Source of the DNA: an uncultured Gammaproteobacteria bacterium
GTDB taxonomy: Bacteria > Pseudomonadota > Gammaproteobacteria > Steroidobacterales > Woeseiaceae
Reading direction: 5' to 3'
NCBI GenBank assembly: GCA_963841145.1
Contig: CAWJBO010000005.1
Span: forward strand, 213-64,212
Length of the DNA: 64,000 nucleotides
The translations under genes and the position numbers were made by a program. This document shows positions 61,912-64,000 of this stretch, piece after piece; position 1 is the first letter of the stretch, and each line of letters begins with the position of its first letter. Below the pieces are notes generated by a model, which was not told the DNA's origin, did no database searches, and saw only the letters and a program-made list of their open reading frames with translations.

Positions 61912-64000
61912 GGCGGGATCGAACTCGCGTTCCTGCTTACGAAGATCCGCCTCGATATCGGCGACAATCGATTTGAAATCATCACTGTCCCGGACGGCGT
62001 CCAGGTGGTGCGTCCGCTGTGCGTAGAATTGCCAGCTCATGCGCCAGCCATCTTCAAACAGACGACGCAACTCCGACAATGCCTGGTCACGACGACCCAG
62101 CAGGGCAAGCGCCTCAACCTTAGAAATACCGAGCGGGTAATTTGCAGACCCCAGCGCGTACTCATCGTCAAAAGTCTCAACCACTGTCTCCAGCAAGTAC
62201 TGTGCTTTTGCCTCATTCGCCCGACGCGAGCAGCAGGTGACCCAGATCAACCGCTTTCAGAATATTGGTCGAATCGACCTGAGGTAGTTCGCCAAGCAGT
62301 TCCGGCACCTTTTGCTCGAACCACGCCAATGCCTCCTGGTAGCGCCCGGAAGTCAACGCGTCGTCGGCAATCAGTCGGAGAAAAACTCCGTCCGAGCCCC
62401 AGCGATCGTCGAGCCCCTTCGTCAGCGACGCCCTGGCGATATCGATGGCCCTGTCCCGCTCTCCGGTATGCAGCAGGAAGTAGGCCTGCGCCGACAGCGG
62501 GTACGGTTCCTCCGGCCCGAGTTGGAGCGCTTCAAGCATCCGACGTTCTGCCATCTCCATGTTTCCGGCGCTAACGTAGATGAATACCGATGTTGAAGGA
62601 TTCTCGTAGTCGGCCGGGTCCATATTCGCTGCTTCGTCAGACCAGTAGCCAGCCTCGACCAGTTGGCCGCTCAGGATGGTCGCCATGCCTGCACCATGCG
62701 CGGCATAAGGGTTGCCGGGGTTGATTTGCGAAATCCGCCTGAATGCCTTGAGTGCGGGCTCGAAATTCCCCATCCATAAATTCACACGGCCAAGATCGTG
62801 ATACAGAAGGACGTTCAGCGGATCGAGATCCAGCGCGCGCTCGAGAATCGGCAGCGCTTCTTCACTGCGACGCGCAGTCCGAAGATGTGCGGCATAGATA
62901 TTGAGCACATCGACGTCATTCGGTGCGAGCGTCAGAGCATGTAGGAACAATTCCTCCGCTACCGGATCATCTGCCGCCACCGCGTATCGCGCCAGCACCG
63001 CCTGTACGAAGCCATTGTCCGGGTCCAACGCCACGGCCCTGTCAATATGCTCGCGACCCTGTGCCGTCATCTCGGCGATCGAAATCGCGCCAGTGCTGGC
63101 CATCGAAGCATAGGAGTTCGCGAGCGCCGCATGCGCCAGGACATACTCGGGATCCAGTTTAATGGCGTTCCGAAAGCGGTCGATAGCCACATTCAATGCA
63201 TCAAACGAAGCGCGTGCCATTTCCTGCTTACCACGCGTGAACTCGCGAAATGCTTCGAGGTTATCCGTACGATCGCGGCTGATACGGTCGCGCTCTTGCG
63301 GTGTCAGGGTCGCGGCGAGCTGGGCAGCTATTGTCTCGACGATCTCACTTTGAATGGCAAACAGGTTCTGTATCGACAATTCCCGATCGTAAGTATGTGC
63401 CCACAGATGCTCATCGGTCTCGGCATCGATCAACTGCACATTAATTCGTACATTGTCACCAGCCTGCTGCACGCCACCCTCGAGAATATTGGCAGCGCCG
63501 AGCTCGCGTCCTATTTGCCGGATCTTCTTGGTGGTCTCCCGATATTCAAGTACGGACGTCCGCGAAATGACCTTCAGCGCCGCGACCTTGGATAAGGTCG
63601 TCAGGAGATCGTCGTGAATGCCGTCGGCGAAATAGGCCGTACCTTCGACGCTGCTGCGCGTAACGAATGGCAGCACAGCGATAGAAAATGGATCGACATC
63701 GCGATGCACTACGTCGCTCGCCGACTGTTCAGGCGGCTCTTCCGCTATTCGCCCTGCCAGCAACCAGCCACTGCCAATCACCACGGCGAGAAACGCGACC
63801 AGGATGACAAAATCGCTCGCTTTGAGAGTGAGGTCTTCGCTGCCGGATGCCGGCGGCGTGCGGACAATGCCGCCCGGCGTAATGTCGTAGCGCCAGCCAA
63901 AGACCAGGGCAAGCGGGAACAGCACAAGCGCGGCGATCCAGACGTATCGCAGCGCCGTATCAGGCAAGCCCCAGGATGCGAACGCAAGGTCACACACCTG
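61903..64000 (-). CDS. TPR-repeat protein with membrane anchor and TolB-N-like domain (5' end beyond the window; one frameshift near the 3' end)
   Basis: The 594-aa frame is open to the right edge. It has TM helices (YVWIAALVLFPLALVF, FVILVAFLAVVIGSGWLL), then FSIAVLPFVTRSS...ISRTSVLEY...ANILEGGVQQAGDNVRINVQLID (typical of TolB-N-like modules in TPR or cyclase-type regulators), then TPRs. It ends ...DLGHLLLASGE*, and the sequence continues in the next frame (ANEAKAQYLLETVVETFDDEY...RKQEREFDPASL, ORF 61903-62250). Confidence 0.7.

Overview
This is 64 kb of a gammaproteobacterial chromosome. Hand counts of sampled lines give about 60% GC. The gene order resembles Pseudomonas or Cellvibrionales-type marine gammaproteobacteria, but the exact taxon cannot be determined from this window. 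Nearly all of it is conserved housekeeping synteny: infC-rpmI-rplT-pheS-pheT-ihfA-merR; uvrB; gyrA-serC-serA-like-pheA-aroA-cmk-rpsA-ihfB-lapA-lapB-comEA; mtaD-ubiG-HAD-rmuC-yciK; rluB-scpB-scpA-yciO facing yciB-yciI-bolA-ppiC; ligA-zipA-smc; dksA-gluQ; rimP-nusA-infB-rbfA-truB-rpsO-pnp; gabD-lhgO. There are three tRNAs (Pro-GGG, Val-GAC, Asn-GTT). I found no transposase, integrase, phage gene, CRISPR array or recognisable defence gene. Six things stand out. (1) At the canonical dksA-gluQ locus, DksA carries an in-frame, roughly 195-aa lysine-rich, histone-H1/AlgP-like repeat domain, and its zinc finger is reduced to CxxT...CxxA. (2) A Sec-signal protein is built from 36 tandem GIDANGGT octapeptides, encoded by a 24-bp DNA repeat with two strictly synonymous unit types. 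(3) Next to it is a low-GC islet (about 43% GC) holding two tandem paralogous HTH-like genes and one small ORF, all disrupted. (4) Many +/-1 frameshifts hit otherwise well-conserved genes, including essential ligA and gyrA, and cluster at 38.3-42.3 kb. Assembly indel error is more likely than real gene decay, but this needs read-level confirmation. (5) Three short tandem duplications have unit boundaries inside a gene terminus: the tRNA-Pro 3' end plus terminator (149 bp x2), the tRNA-Val 5' end (48 bp), and the pnp C-terminal codons (48 bp). (6) Two promoter/terminator-bounded candidate small RNAs. I do not see a clearly novel multi-gene system. The best candidate module is the co-oriented cluster downstream of ligA (HTH paralogue - small ORF - HTH paralogue - octapeptide-repeat secreted protein).
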